Below are positions 7,236 to 16,598 of a stretch of 64,000 bases of DNA, piece after piece. Position numbers and translations under genes: made by a program. The notes under the pieces were generated by a model. The model worked only from the letters and a program-made list of their open reading frames with translations. It did no database searches and had not been told where the DNA came from. This DNA comes from an uncultured Gammaproteobacteria bacterium (GTDB lineage: Bacteria; Patescibacteriota; Patescibacteriia; UBA1558; GWA2-36-10). The first letter of the stretch is position 1. Each line of letters starts with the position of its first letter. Location of the stretch: positions 86,334 to 150,333 of the forward strand of contig CAZWYP010000003.1 of the NCBI GenBank assembly GCA_964638415.1, given 5' to 3'.

Positions 7236-9950
7236 CTACTTCCCCATCCTCTTCCGGTAGATAATAAACAAGTATTTAATGATCTCAATCATCAGGATAA
7301 TCAGGAAAATGAAGATTAAGATAAAGCGCCATTCTGCCCAAGTCAAAGGCACCGTATGCAAAGCCTTATTAAAGAATGGAATATAGATAGCAATCAGCTG
7401 CAAGCCCAAGCCAAACAATACCGCTAAATTCAAATAAACATTCTTAAAAGGATTAGAATTAAAAATGCTGTTCTCTACACTCCTAATGCTGTAAACATAA
7501 AGCAAAGTGCTTAAGCTTAAAACAGTAAAGACTACCGTTCTGGCTAAAGCCAGATCATTAGTCTGCGTCCAGAACCAGTGAAATACCAATAAGCTGGCTG
7601 AACCCGCTACCAAGCTAATAACGGCAATGAGGAATTTATTCTCAAAACCGAATAAATGCCTGTTGCGGGAGCGATGGCTATGCTCCATAACATCTTTATC
7701 CTCCGGCTCCATGGTCAAAGCTAAGCTCGGCAAGCCGTCCGCAATTAAATTAATCCACAAGATCTGAGCAGTTAATAGCGGTAAAGGCAAGCCAAAGATA
7801 ATTCCTAAACCAACAATTAAGATCTCGGCAAAGCTGTCAGATAATAAATATAAAATGACTTTGCGGACATTAGCAAAGATCATTCTACCCTGCCTGACGG
7901 CCATCACAATAGTTTTAAAATTATTGTCCAATAAAATCAAGTCCGCCACTTCCTTGGCTACATCCGAACCGGAGTTCACTACCACGCCGACATCAGCCGC
8001 TTTTAAAGCCGGCGCATCATTAACGCCATCGCCGGTCATCGCCACCACCTCTCCTCTTTTTTGCCAGGCCTGGATAATCCTTAATTTATCTGCCGGCGTT
8101 ACCCGGGCATAAAGCTTGATCTTGGTAATGTTCTTAGCCAATTCATCGTCAGTCATCTGCAGTAAATCTTCGCCGCTGACTACGCTTTCCTCATCCACCT
8201 CCAAGCCTAGAATAGCCGCAATCTTCTTAGCGGTAAATTTATTGTCTCCAGTAATAATTACGGTTTTAATACCAGCGGCCTTGGCCTGCTCCAAGGTTTC
8301 TTTAGCTTCCTTGCGCACCGGATCTTCTAATCCCCAAAAGCCTAAGAAAATAAACTCCTGGCTTTTAAGCAGCTCGGTTAAGGATTCCAAGCTCTTGGGC
8401 GCCAGTAAATATGCCGAAGCCAATACCCGCAGGCCGTCCTTGCTTAATTCCTGCCAGGCTTTCTGGAAATGATCAAATTTAGAGTCAGTAAATTTAACCG
8501 GCTTATGATCATGAAAATAATAAGAGCAGAAATCCATAATAAACTCCGGCGCTCCTTTAATATACACCAGATCATGATCGCTATTATACCGGTGCCTGGT
8601 CATCATATACTTATGCTGGGAATCAAAAGGTATTTCCTGCAAACGTGGGTGCTTCAAATAAATATCTTTCAAGCGGCCGCCTAAAGAGCCAAAAAGCAAT
8701 AAGGCTTTTTCCGTCGGACTGCCAATAATCTCCCAATCTTCCCGGGACTTGGTTAAATCTGTTACGATGGCATCATTGCACAATAAAGAAACTGCCAATA
8801 ATTTTTCTATCTCCTTGTCAGCTTCTATATTCTTCCAAGGGGAAGCCAATAAATCCAGCTTATGCTGGCTGGTAATCACTGTGGTTACCCGCATTTCCCC
8901 TTCGGTCACCGTGCCCGTCTTATCTGTGCAGATTAAAGTTGTGGAACCTAGAGTCTCAGCAGAAATCAGCTTGCGCACCAAGCCCTGATGCTTCAAAATA
9001 CGCTGCATGCCAATAGTTAAAATCATGGTCACGCCAATTAACAATCCTTCCGGAATAGCAGAAACTGCCAAAGCTACGGAAACAATAAACATCTCTAAGG
9101 TGGGTAAGCCGCGCAGCAAGCCAATGAAAAATACTAAGAGCGCGACAATGACAATTATCCAGGTTAAATTCTGGGCAAATTTATTCAATTTCTTCTGCAA
9201 AGGAGTCTGTTCTTCTTCAGTAGCCTGCAATAGATCAGTGATCTTGCCGATTTCCGTAGCCAAGCCGGTAGCGACAACAATAGCTTTGGCACGGCCTGAC
9301 ACTGCCAAAGTACCCATAAACACCATGTTGGTTCTATCGGCTAAAGGCATTCCTTTATCCAAGCTGCTAACTTCTTTTTTCTCCGGCCAGCTTTCTCCGG
9401 TCAAATTAGCTTCGTTGACTTCAAAGAAATCAGCGGTTAATAATCTGGCATCGGCCGGTATCCTATCTCCCGCTTTAATGATGATTACATCCCCCGGCAC
9501 TAAGTCGCTAGCGGGAATCTTTATTTCCTTACTATCTCTGATCACCAAGGCTTCCTGCTTAACAACCTGGCTTAATTTTTCCAGCGCCTGATTAGCTTTC
9601 TTTTCCTGCATGAATCCGATGACTAGATTAAGCAGCACTGCCGCAAAGATTACATAAGCGTCAATAGCTTCAGAAAAAATAAAGCTAATAATACCGGCAA
9701 TGACTAAAACGTAAATCAAGGCGCTCTTAAACTGGGAAAAAAACAAACGCCAGGCGGAAAACTTTTTACTGGTAGCTAAAATATTGCTGCCATATTTTTT
9801 CCGCCGGTTTTTTACTTCGCCAGCAGTTAATCCTTTAGTGCTGGTGACCAGCTCTTTCAATACTTTATCTACCGATAAGCTATGCCAGATATTTTTTGCT
9901 TTTGACATAGGTATATTATAACATAAAACCCTTTGATATTTATAATCCAC
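7236..9950 (-). CDS. Cation-transporting P-type ATPase (P2-type, Ca2+/Mg2+-like)
   Basis: The phosphorylation motif ICTDKTGTVT, hinge TGDGVNDAPALKAADVGV and 10 TM segments are present. The true start is probably the internal MSKAKNIW… near 9908. Confidence 0.85.
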   Translation of the reverse strand: MDYKYQRVLCYNIPMSKAKNIWHSLSVDKVLKELVTSTKGLTAGEVKNRRKKYGSNILATSKKFSAWRLFFSQFKSALIYVLVIAGIISFIFSEAIDAYVIFAAVLLNLVIGFMQEKKANQALEKLSQVVKQEALVIRDSKEIKIPASDLVPGDVIIIKAGDRIPADARLLTADFFEVNEANLTGESWPEKKEVSSLDKGMPLADRTNMVFMGTLAVSGRAKAIVVATGLATEIGKITDLLQATEEEQTPLQKKLNKFAQNLTWIIVIVALLVFFIGLLRGLPTLEMFIVSVALAVSAIPEGLLIGVTMILTIGMQRILKHQGLVRKLISAETLGSTTLICTDKTGTVTEGEMRVTTVITSQHKLDLLASPWKNIEADKEIEKLLAVSLLCNDAIVTDLTKSREDWEIIGSPTEKALLLFGSLGGRLKDIYLKHPRLQEIPFDSQHKYMMTRHRYNSDHDLVYIKGAPEFIMDFCSYYFHDHKPVKFTDSKFDHFQKAWQELSKDGLRVLASAYLLAPKSLESLTELLKSQEFIFLGFWGLEDPVRKEAKETLEQAKAAGIKTVIITGDNKFTAKKIAAILGLEVDEESVVSGEDLLQMTDDELAKNITKIKLYARVTPADKLRIIQAWQKRGEVVAMTGDGVNDAPALKAADVGVVVNSGSDVAKEVADLILLDNNFKTIVMAVRQGRMIFANVRKVILYLLSDSFAEILIVGLGIIFGLPLPLLTAQILWINLIADGLPSLALTMEPEDKDVMEHSHRSRNRHLFGFENKFLIAVISLVAGSASLLVFHWFWTQTNDLALARTVVFTVLSLSTLLYVYSIRSVENSIFNSNPFKNVYLNLAVLFGLGLQLIAIYIPFFNKALHTVPLTWAEWRFILIFIFLIILMIEIIKYLFIIYRKRMGK

Positions 9951-9987
9951 TCTTGAATTTTTAGCTAAATAAAAGTAAGATTAAAGC

Positions 9988-11808
9988 ATGTCAATCACGG
10001 AACAGATTAAAAAATCAATCCAAAGTAATATCTGGCAGACCCTGCAATTACATTGGCCGACTAAAGACATTGAATTAAGCTGGCCGCCAGAGCAAGCGTC
10101 CGGCCATTATGCTTTTGGCTGTTTTAGCTTAAGCAAGGCCTTGGGAAAGAATCCCAATGAATTAGCAACTGCTCTAGCAAGCAACTGGGCGGCTTCAGAA
10201 TTAGTAGCCAAAGCCGAAGCCATGGGACCTTATTTAAACTTAATCATGGCTTTGCCTAAATTCTTTGCCAACAGCTTTAATTATCTTGCCGAGCAGAAAA
10301 AATTCGGAGAAAATAATCTAGGTCACAGCCAGAAAATACTCATTGAATTTTCCGGACCCAATACCAATAAGCCGCAGCACTTAGGCCATGTCCGCAATAA
10401 CTTGCTGGGCCAGTCTTTGGTGTACATTCTCCGCGCCTGCAATTACCAGGTAATTCCGGTGAATATTATCAATGACCGAGGCATTCATATTGTTAAAAGC
10501 ATGCTAGCCTGGCAGCAATGGGGAAATAAGGAAACGCCGGAAACATCAGGTATAAAAGGCGATCACTTAGTCGGCAAATACTATGTAAAATTTGAACAGG
10601 AATTAAAAATAGAAAAAGATCAGTATTTACAAGATAATAATATAGATTACAAAAATTTAGCCGATTTGGAGAAAAAGAAAGTGGATGAGGAATTTTTAGA
10701 AAGCTCTGCTTTGATGGCCAAAGCCCGCCAATTGCTAATTGACTGGGAAAAAGGAGACTTAGCAGTTAGAGAAGTTTGGGAAATGATGAATACCTGGGTT
10801 TACCACGGCTTTGCAGAAACCTACCAGGCCTTGGGCATTTCTTTTGACAAAGTCTATTACGAAAGTCAGGTGTATCTCTTGGGGAAGAAAATAATAGAAG
10901 AAGGTCTGGAGAAAAAAATATTCTACCAAAAGGAAGACGGCTCAATCTGGGTGGATTTAACCGAAGAAGGTTTGGATGAAAAATTATTGTTGCGCAAAGA
11001 CGGTACGGCGGTTTACATGACCCAAGACTTAGGCATGGCTAAAGCCCGCCATGATGAATACAATTTTGACTATGGCATTTATGTAGTAGCCAGCGAGCAG
11101 AATTACCATTTCCAGGCTTTATTTAAAATCTTAAAAAAATTAGATTTAACTTGGGCAGATAATCTGCTTCATTTGCCTTATGGCTTGGTTAATCTGCCGG
11201 ACGGCAAAATGAAATCCCGGGAAGGCAAGGTAGTTGATGCCGATGATTTGATCAAAGAAATGAAATTAAGAGCACAGGAAGTAATTGAATCCGCAGATAA
11301 AAAAGTAACTACCAGCGAAGAAGAAAAAAAGCAGATTGTTAATATAGTGGGCTTAGGCGCTTTAAAATTCTACCTATTGGGAACTAATCCGGCTAAAGAT
11401 ATTACTTTTGATCCGGCTAAATCCATTTCCTTTGACGGCTATACCGGCACTTTTATCCAATACACTCATGCTCGGATTAACAGCATCTTAGCTAAAACGG
11501 AAACTAAAGACTTGACGGTAAATTTCAAAAAAATAAAATATGAACCAGAAGAAGTAAAGTTATTAAAAACCATCTGGCAATTCCCAGAAGCAGTAGAGCA
11601 TGCAGCGCAAGAATATAATCCTTCTATCCTTACCCAATACTTATTTGAACTGGCTAAAACCTACAATAACTTCTACCAGAATCATTCTGTTCTCCAAGCG
11701 GAAACTGAAGATTTAAAAAACTTAAGATTGCAGCTCTGCAAATATACTCAGCAGATACTTAATAAAGGATTATACTTGCTCGGCATAGCAGCACCAAAAG
11801 TAATGTAA
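9988..11808 (+). CDS. argS: Arginyl-tRNA synthetase
   Basis: The 606-aa product has a class I HIGH-type motif (PNTNKPQHLGHVRN) and a KMKSREG (KMSKS-like) motif. Its length and domain order match ArgRS. Confidence 0.85.
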   Translation: MSITEQIKKSIQSNIWQTLQLHWPTKDIELSWPPEQASGHYAFGCFSLSKALGKNPNELATALASNWAASELVAKAEAMGPYLNLIMALPKFFANSFNYLAEQKKFGENNLGHSQKILIEFSGPNTNKPQHLGHVRNNLLGQSLVYILRACNYQVIPVNIINDRGIHIVKSMLAWQQWGNKETPETSGIKGDHLVGKYYVKFEQELKIEKDQYLQDNNIDYKNLADLEKKKVDEEFLESSALMAKARQLLIDWEKGDLAVREVWEMMNTWVYHGFAETYQALGISFDKVYYESQVYLLGKKIIEEGLEKKIFYQKEDGSIWVDLTEEGLDEKLLLRKDGTAVYMTQDLGMAKARHDEYNFDYGIYVVASEQNYHFQALFKILKKLDLTWADNLLHLPYGLVNLPDGKMKSREGKVVDADDLIKEMKLRAQEVIESADKKVTTSEEEKKQIVNIVGLGALKFYLLGTNPAKDITFDPAKSISFDGYTGTFIQYTHARINSILAKTETKDLTVNFKKIKYEPEEVKLLKTIWQFPEAVEHAAQEYNPSILTQYLFELAKTYNNFYQNHSVLQAETEDLKNLRLQLCKYTQQILNKGLYLLGIAAPKVM

Positions 11809-11848
11809 GAAAAATCCCACCAAGTAAACTTGGTGGGATCATGTTATT

Positions 11849-11877
11849 GAGCCTTGGGTGGCTCTTCTTTTTTTCCA
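11849..11877 (+). terminator. Rho-independent terminator after argS
   Basis: Hairpin gagcc-ttgggt-ggctc is followed by ttcttttttt. A second hairpin, cccaccaag-taaa-cttggtggg, lies at 11816-11837. Confidence 0.55.
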
Positions 11878-12040
11878 ATTGTTTTCCGTTGACCAATATA
11901 AGGCCCACTGGAACTGATAGCAATTCTCAACGTCAGCCTAGGACGCGGCTTTCTCGATCTTTTAACAAAAGCTCTCATAATAGAACTCCCTAATGAACAA
12001 AGGAATTAAATTGAGCTTAACTCTTTCTTAGACGTTAGTC

Positions 12041-12073
12041 AAAAACCCCCTAAGTAAAAACTTAAGGGGTTTT
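12041..12073 (-). terminator. Bidirectional hairpin terminator downstream of the small Cys-rich gene
   Basis: An 11-bp stem aaccccctaag/cttaaggggtt is flanked by T-runs on both strands. Confidence 0.6.
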
Positions 12074-12091
12074 AATAATCCTCGCTGCTGC

Positions 12092-12301
12092 TTAGCAACG
12101 GCAATAGCTGCGCGGCAAGTGGCAGCCAAGACATTTCTCTTCCTGGCGGCGCTTGGGCTTAGGCTTAGGCGATTGCTTCAAGACTGACAGCGGAATCTCA
12201 CTTTCCGCCTGATGGTCGCATAATGGACATAGTCCATTTTCCAAAGGCACATTGTGTTTGGGACAAGTAGCTGCAGAATCACCGGGATTTCTCATATTCA
12301 C
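12092..12301 (-). CDS. Small cysteine-rich (putative zinc-ribbon) protein, 69 aa
   Basis: A strong RBS taggaggtg lies 5 nt upstream of the ATG. There are 8 Cys arranged CxxxxxxxxxxxCxxC … CxxC … CxC. The gene is GC-richer than the flanks and has its own terminator. Confidence 0.5.
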   Translation of the reverse strand: MNMRNPGDSAATCPKHNVPLENGLCPLCDHQAESEIPLSVLKQSPKPKPKRRQEEKCLGCHLPRSYCRC

Positions 12302-12388
12302 CTCCTAAGGGAAGGTTAATTTAGGGTACGTTTAAGATAAGCCAATATAACAAAAAGACCTTTTTTCGTCAACCTAGCCTGGATTATC

Positions 12389-12417
12389 ATTGACTTTCCT
12401 TACAATATAAACTATAA
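12389..12417 (+). promoter_or_regulatory. Sigma70-like promoter for tRNA-Lys (TTGACT-N17-TATAAT)
   Basis: A near-consensus -35/-10 pair with a 17-nt spacer sits about 23 nt upstream of the tRNA 5' end. Confidence 0.6.
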
Positions 12418-12440
12418 TGAACCTCGTAAATTTTAAACAT

Positions 12441-12517
12441 GCGCCTATAGCTCAGCCTGGTAGAGCAGTTGCCTTTTAAGCAAACGGTCGCAGGTTCGAA
12501 TCCTGCTGGGCGCACCA
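12441..12517 (+). tRNA. tRNA-Lys (anticodon TTT), CCA encoded
   Basis: The acceptor is gcgccta/tgggcgc and the D-arm is gctcagcctggtagagc. The anticodon loop is ctTTTaa. The T-arm is gcaggttcgaatcctgc, followed by CCA. Confidence 0.8.
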
Positions 12518-12615
12518 GATAAATAATCCTTACGGGTTGTTTTTTATTATTGACAAATCACTATTAATTAACTATGATCACTGGAAACACTGTTCACTCA
12601 ATAGGAATAAATACC

Positions 12616-13053
12616 ATGAAAAAGGCACTTTTCTGGATAAGCGGAGCGATACTTTGGATAGGCCAAATAAGTTTTCTGAACTGGTGGGATGAATGGAATC
12701 TTACTTGGTGGCCGAGCTGCGTAATTATCGGCATCGTGGTCAATATTGTTTCAGGAATACTGATCAAAAAATTCATCTTGCCGCCCGAGCCGCCAAAGCC
12801 AGAAAGATCCTTAAACTGGATATTCTGGATCATTATCCTGGTTATCTGGGTAATCTTTTCCGCAATTTGGGCAGCTATTTTCAGAGGCATATCCAACTGG
12901 TGGAAGCTTGGCTTAGCCTGGTGGCCGAATTGCTGGGTATCCGGCATAATCCTGGGAATTGTCACTCTGCTCATCATTATTTACTGGATCTTCTGGCAAA
13001 CAACCATCGATGAGAGCCATTATGATCCTGACTACCAGAATCCCAGTGCCTAA
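12616..13053 (+). CDS. Trp-rich membrane protein with an internal duplication (WWPxC repeats)
   Basis: The ORF starts at MKKALFWISG. Two paralogous halves each carry WW…WWP(S/N)C followed by a TM helix (LNWWDEWNLTWWPSCVIIGIVVNIV / ISNWWKLGLAWWPNCWVSGIILGIV). Confidence 0.5.
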   Translation: MKKALFWISGAILWIGQISFLNWWDEWNLTWWPSCVIIGIVVNIVSGILIKKFILPPEPPKPERSLNWIFWIIILVIWVIFSAIWAAIFRGISNWWKLGLAWWPNCWVSGIILGIVTLLIIIYWIFWQTTIDESHYDPDYQNPSA

Positions 13054-13066
13054 ACACTGCCCGCCA

Positions 13067-13103
13067 GTCTTTTTACAAGATTGGCGGGTTTTTGGTAAAT
13101 TCT
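13067..13103 (+). terminator. Rho-independent terminator
   Basis: Hairpin cccgccagtc…gattggcggg is followed by tttttgg. Confidence 0.5.
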
Positions 13104-13180
13104 GGTGGACAAACTGTAAATAAAATAACCTTGAAAAATGCCGGGAAATAAGTTAAGCTGAGGGTAATAAAAACAGGCCC

Positions 13181-14608
13181 ATGGAAAAAATACCTCCACA
13201 AAATTTAGAAGCAGAAAGCTCGCTATTGGGCGCTTTGTTAATTGACAAGGAAGCGCCGGTTAAAATCATTGACTCAATTACCGCCAGTGATTTTTACAAT
13301 AATAACCATGGCTTAATTTACCAAGCTATTGTTGACTTATTCAACCAGCATGAACCTATTGACATCTTGTCTGTAGCTAACCGGCTAAGTGAAAAAAAGA
13401 AGCTGGAACAAGTCGGAGGCAAATCCTATTTAGCCGAATTAACCGCCACCGTGCCTAATGCTTCCCATATTACTTCCTATGCCAATATTATCCGCAAGAA
13501 GTCAGTCTTACGGCAATTGGAAGCCGCGGCGGCAGAAATTGCCGAATATAGCTTTGTGGCTGCCGATGAAGAGGTTGACCATATTATGGACAAAGCGGAG
13601 CAAAAACTATTTGCTATTTCCCAATCCTCTTTGCGCCAAAATTTTATCCCAATTAAAAATGTCCTAGCCGATGCCTTCAACCGTATTGACGAACTGCACA
13701 AAACCGGCGGTGTCGGCGTCAGAGGCATTCCTACCGGCTACTCTGATCTTGACAATCTGCTCTCCGGTTTCCAGAATTCAGATTTAATCATCCTCGCTGC
13801 CCGACCTTCAGTCGGTAAAACTACTTTAGCTTTGGACTTAGCTCGCAATGTCGCCGTTAGATCTAAAACCCCTACCGGCATCTTTTCTTTGGAAATGTCC
13901 AAAGAACAGCTGGTAGATAAATTACTGGCAGCAGAAGCTGGCGTAGATCTCTGGAAAATGCGCACAGGCCGCTTATCTGACAAGGAAGAAGATGATGACT
14001 TCCCCCGCATCGGCCGCGCTATGGGCTTATTATCTGAAGCTCCTATTTTTATCGACGACTCGGCTAATTCCAATGTCATGCAGATCCGCACCAAAGCCCG
14101 CCGCCTGAAATTGGAACATAACTTAGGCTTCCTTATTGTCGACTATTTGCAGCTAATGGAGGGAGATAATAAAGAAAGCAGGGTGCAGGAAATATCTGAA
14201 ATCTCTCGCGCCTTAAAACAACTGGCTAAAGAATTGAATATACCAATTCTGGCTTTATCCCAACTGTCCCGCGCCGTGGAGAATCGTTCACCGGCTATCC
14301 CTAAACTTGCCGACTTGCGCGAATCCGGTTCCATTGAACAGGATGCTGACGTAGTAATGTTCATCTACCGCAAATCCAAAGACCGCACCCGCGACTGTCC
14401 AGAAGAAGAAAAACATGTAGCTGAACTGCATATTGAAAAGCACCGTAATGGTCCGACTGGTATAATTAATCTGTTCTTTGATGAACAGAAAGTGACTTTC
14501 CGCTCTACCGCCAGCCAGCATTCCGTACCGGAACCTTTGCCTAAAGAAAATGAAATACCACTGCCAACGCCGGAAACCAATCCAGTTGACGGCTGGCAAA
14601 CAATTTAA
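13181..14608 (+). CDS. dnaB: Replicative DNA helicase DnaB
   Basis: The 475-aa product has a DnaB N-terminal domain (NLEAESSLLGALLID) and Walker A GARPSVGKTT. Its RecA-like C-terminal domain has no intein. Confidence 0.9.
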   Translation: MEKIPPQNLEAESSLLGALLIDKEAPVKIIDSITASDFYNNNHGLIYQAIVDLFNQHEPIDILSVANRLSEKKKLEQVGGKSYLAELTATVPNASHITSYANIIRKKSVLRQLEAAAAEIAEYSFVAADEEVDHIMDKAEQKLFAISQSSLRQNFIPIKNVLADAFNRIDELHKTGGVGVRGIPTGYSDLDNLLSGFQNSDLIILAARPSVGKTTLALDLARNVAVRSKTPTGIFSLEMSKEQLVDKLLAAEAGVDLWKMRTGRLSDKEEDDDFPRIGRAMGLLSEAPIFIDDSANSNVMQIRTKARRLKLEHNLGFLIVDYLQLMEGDNKESRVQEISEISRALKQLAKELNIPILALSQLSRAVENRSPAIPKLADLRESGSIEQDADVVMFIYRKSKDRTRDCPEEEKHVAELHIEKHRNGPTGIINLFFDEQKVTFRSTASQHSVPEPLPKENEIPLPTPETNPVDGWQTI

Positions 14609-14631
14609 TTAATCATTTAAACAAAAAACAA

Positions 14632-14925
14632 ATGTTCAATAAGCTAAAACAATTCAATGATTTAAGAAAAAAAGCCAATACTTTAAAAAACTCTTTAGCT
14701 CAGGAGACTGTTACCGTGGAAAATAAAGGAGTAAAAATGACTATGGATGGCAACCAGGAAATCAAGGAATTAACTCTCAACAAAGAGTTACTGTCTCCAG
14801 ACAAGCAGAATGAACTGGAAAAATACCTTAAAGAAGGCTTTGCCGATGGCATTAAGAAAGTCCAAAGGAAGATGGCTGAGAAAATGCGTCAATCTGGCGA
14901 TTTTGACTTTCCTGGCTTAAATTAA
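14632..14925 (+). CDS. ybaB: Nucleoid-associated protein YbaB/EbfC family
   Basis: The 97-aa product has the YbaB-like pattern. Its position immediately upstream of recR is conserved synteny. Confidence 0.7.
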   Translation: MFNKLKQFNDLRKKANTLKNSLAQETVTVENKGVKMTMDGNQEIKELTLNKELLSPDKQNELEKYLKEGFADGIKKVQRKMAEKMRQSGDFDFPGLN

Positions 14926-14931
14926 ATTTAT

Positions 14932-15531
14932 ATGGCTCATCTGCCGGAATTCATCCAGAAGCTGATCGCGGAATTTGACAAACTGCCAGGCATTGGACCA
15001 AAAACTGCCAGCCGCCTTGTCTTTGATTTACTGCACCGCAAGGAAGATATCCGCTTACTGAGTACCGCCTTAAACGAGGCTAATAGTAAAATACAAATCT
15101 GCCAGCAATGTTTTAACTTGGCCGATGACCAAGGCTTATGCCGCATCTGCAGCAATCCCCAGCGAGATAAACAAACCGTCTGCGTGGTAGCGCATAACCA
15201 GGATCTGGAAGCAGTAGAAAAAACCGGGGAATTTTCCGGCACCTACCATCTGCTTAATGGACTATTAAGCCCTTTAGAAGGCATTACTCCAGATAAGCTT
15301 AAAATTAGAGAATTAGAACAAAGGATTAATAAAGAGCAAGTTAAGGAAATAATCCTGGCTTTAGATCAAAGCATGGAAGGAGAAGCTACTGCTATTTATT
15401 TAGCCAAGCTGCTAATGCAGTATCCAGTAAGCATTACCCAGCTGGCTCGTGGCATACCAATGGGTGCTAATATTGAATACACTGATGAGATCACTTTAAC
15501 CTCTGCCTTAAAAAACCGCAAAAAAATTTAA
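14932..15531 (+). CDS. recR: Recombination protein RecR
   Basis: The 199-aa product has a C4 zinc finger (CQQCFNLADDQGLCRICSN), a Toprim domain and an HhH N-terminus. Confidence 0.9.
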   Translation: MAHLPEFIQKLIAEFDKLPGIGPKTASRLVFDLLHRKEDIRLLSTALNEANSKIQICQQCFNLADDQGLCRICSNPQRDKQTVCVVAHNQDLEAVEKTGEFSGTYHLLNGLLSPLEGITPDKLKIRELEQRINKEQVKEIILALDQSMEGEATAIYLAKLLMQYPVSITQLARGIPMGANIEYTDEITLTSALKNRKKI

Positions 15532-15538
15532 ATTAAAT

Positions 15539-15564
15539 AACCGCGTTGAACGCGGTTATTTTTT
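15539..15564 (+). terminator. Palindromic terminator between the convergent recR and rplU genes
   Basis: Hairpin aaccgcg-ttgaa-cgcggtt is followed by attttt. Confidence 0.6.
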
Positions 15565-15880
15565 AAGAGACAATCTTGTCAATTTTTACTTCAGCTAGCT
15601 GCTGGCGATGGCCGTGGGTTCTCTTGTATCTGGTTTTAGCTTTATACTTAATGACCATTACTTTCTTATCTTTGAATTCTCGTAATAAAGTAGCTTCCAC
15701 CTTGGCATTAGCTAAATAAGGCTTGCCTAAAGTCACTTCATTGGCATCATTAACGACCAGCAAGACTTTATCAAAAACAACCTTTTTACCAGCTTCTGAC
15801 TGAGCTAATTTTTCTACTCTTAATTTATCTCCAGCTTTAACTAAATATTGTTTTCCGCCGGTTTTTATTACTGCAAACAT
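15563..15880 (-). CDS. rplU: 50S ribosomal protein L21
   Basis: The product begins MFAVIKTGGKQYLVKAGDKLRVEKL, the canonical L21 N-terminus. The track start at 15940 adds a spurious 20 aa. Confidence 0.85.
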   Translation of the reverse strand: MFAVIKTGGKQYLVKAGDKLRVEKLAQSEAGKKVVFDKVLLVVNDANEVTLGKPYLANAKVEATLLREFKDKKVMVIKYKAKTRYKRTHGHRQQLAEVKIDKIVS

Positions 15881-15986
15881 AAATTTAAATAAAATTAAAC
15901 AAAGTAATAATAGGTTAACAGAATTTAAGATAATTGTCAATTATTAGGCAAAAAACAATAATTTTAATACCTAAATACCTAATATA

Positions 15987-16015
15987 TTGACAAAAATAGA
16001 TAAATATGCTATACT
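15987..16015 (+). promoter_or_regulatory. Consensus sigma70 promoter (TTGACA-N17-TATACT) for the 16061 gene
   Basis: A perfect -35 and a near-consensus -10 lie in an AT-rich region. RBS aaggag sits 8 nt upstream of ATG 16061. Confidence 0.6.
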
Positions 16016-16060
16016 TTAAATATTAAAAAGTACAATACATTTAGCTTAAGGAGAAACGCC

Positions 16061-16546
16061 ATGTCGCGTTCCAACGCCATTCGCCTGGCCATCATCGCCG
16101 TTGCTACCACTTTTACCGCAGCTATCGCTGCCTTGGTTGTATCCAAAGTGGATCTTGAGCCGCATAACCAGTGGCATATGGAAGTCTGGGAAGTTACCTA
16201 CCCGCTGCAGATTGACGGAGAAACCGTTGACACTTCTCAGCCGCGCTGGGAACTTGTCCAAAGCAATCTTGTTGACATCTTTGATGCCTATGACGGCATG
16301 ATGGAAACCATGCATGTCCAATGCCCGCTGGATATCAACCAAATCTGCAAGATCTACAACTCCTCCGCCGATACTTTATGGATCGGCAGATACTATGAGA
16401 CCAGCGACGGTTCGGAAAGCACTTTAGTCGGATTGATTCTACCCGGCGAAAGATCAGTAGTCGGCCTCGGCAATTTCGCCATCTGGCCAAAGAACAAGAT
16501 GAACGAATGGACGACAACGCCGTGGACTATCTACGCCCACCGCTAA
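16061..16546 (+). CDS. Hypothetical membrane-anchored/secreted protein; GC-rich single-gene island
   Basis: The 161-aa product has an N-terminal hydrophobic segment (AIRLAIIAVATTFTAAIAALVV). GC is about 52%. The gene has its own consensus promoter, a strong RBS and a downstream terminator. Confidence 0.55.
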   Translation: MSRSNAIRLAIIAVATTFTAAIAALVVSKVDLEPHNQWHMEVWEVTYPLQIDGETVDTSQPRWELVQSNLVDIFDAYDGMMETMHVQCPLDINQICKIYNSSADTLWIGRYYETSDGSESTLVGLILPGERSVVGLGNFAIWPKNKMNEWTTTPWTIYAHR

Positions 16547-16565
16547 ATCTCCTTCTGCCCATTTT

Positions 16566-16598
16566 AAACCCATCACTTAGGTGATGGGTTTTTCTTTT
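16566..16598 (+). terminator. Rho-independent terminator
   Basis: An 11-bp stem aaacccatcac/gtgatgggttt with loop ttag is followed by ttcttttac. Confidence 0.65.

Noticed and set aside
7855-9591. Several 70-194-aa + strand ORFs (7855-8112, 8116-8472, 8469-8684, 8749-8988, 9007-9591)
   Set aside because: All are antisense to the P-type ATPase gene, low-complexity, and lack RBS.
11816-11837. Hairpin cccaccaag-taaa-cttggtggg right after the argS stop as the primary terminator
   Set aside because: It is not followed by a T-run. The downstream gagcc…ggctc hairpin with tttttttcc is the more convincing terminator, so this one was noted in the evidence but not called separately.
12594-13013. Antisense and alternative-frame ORFs (12594-12977 minus; 12693-13013 plus)
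   Set aside because: They overlap the Trp-rich membrane protein ORF, which has the internal-repeat structure and hydrophobicity expected of a real protein. These alternatives have no protein-like features.
15881-15940. 20-codon N-terminal extension of rplU (track start 15940)
   Set aside because: The conserved L21 N-terminus MFAVIKTGGKQY begins at the internal Met. The extension is hydrophobic junk.
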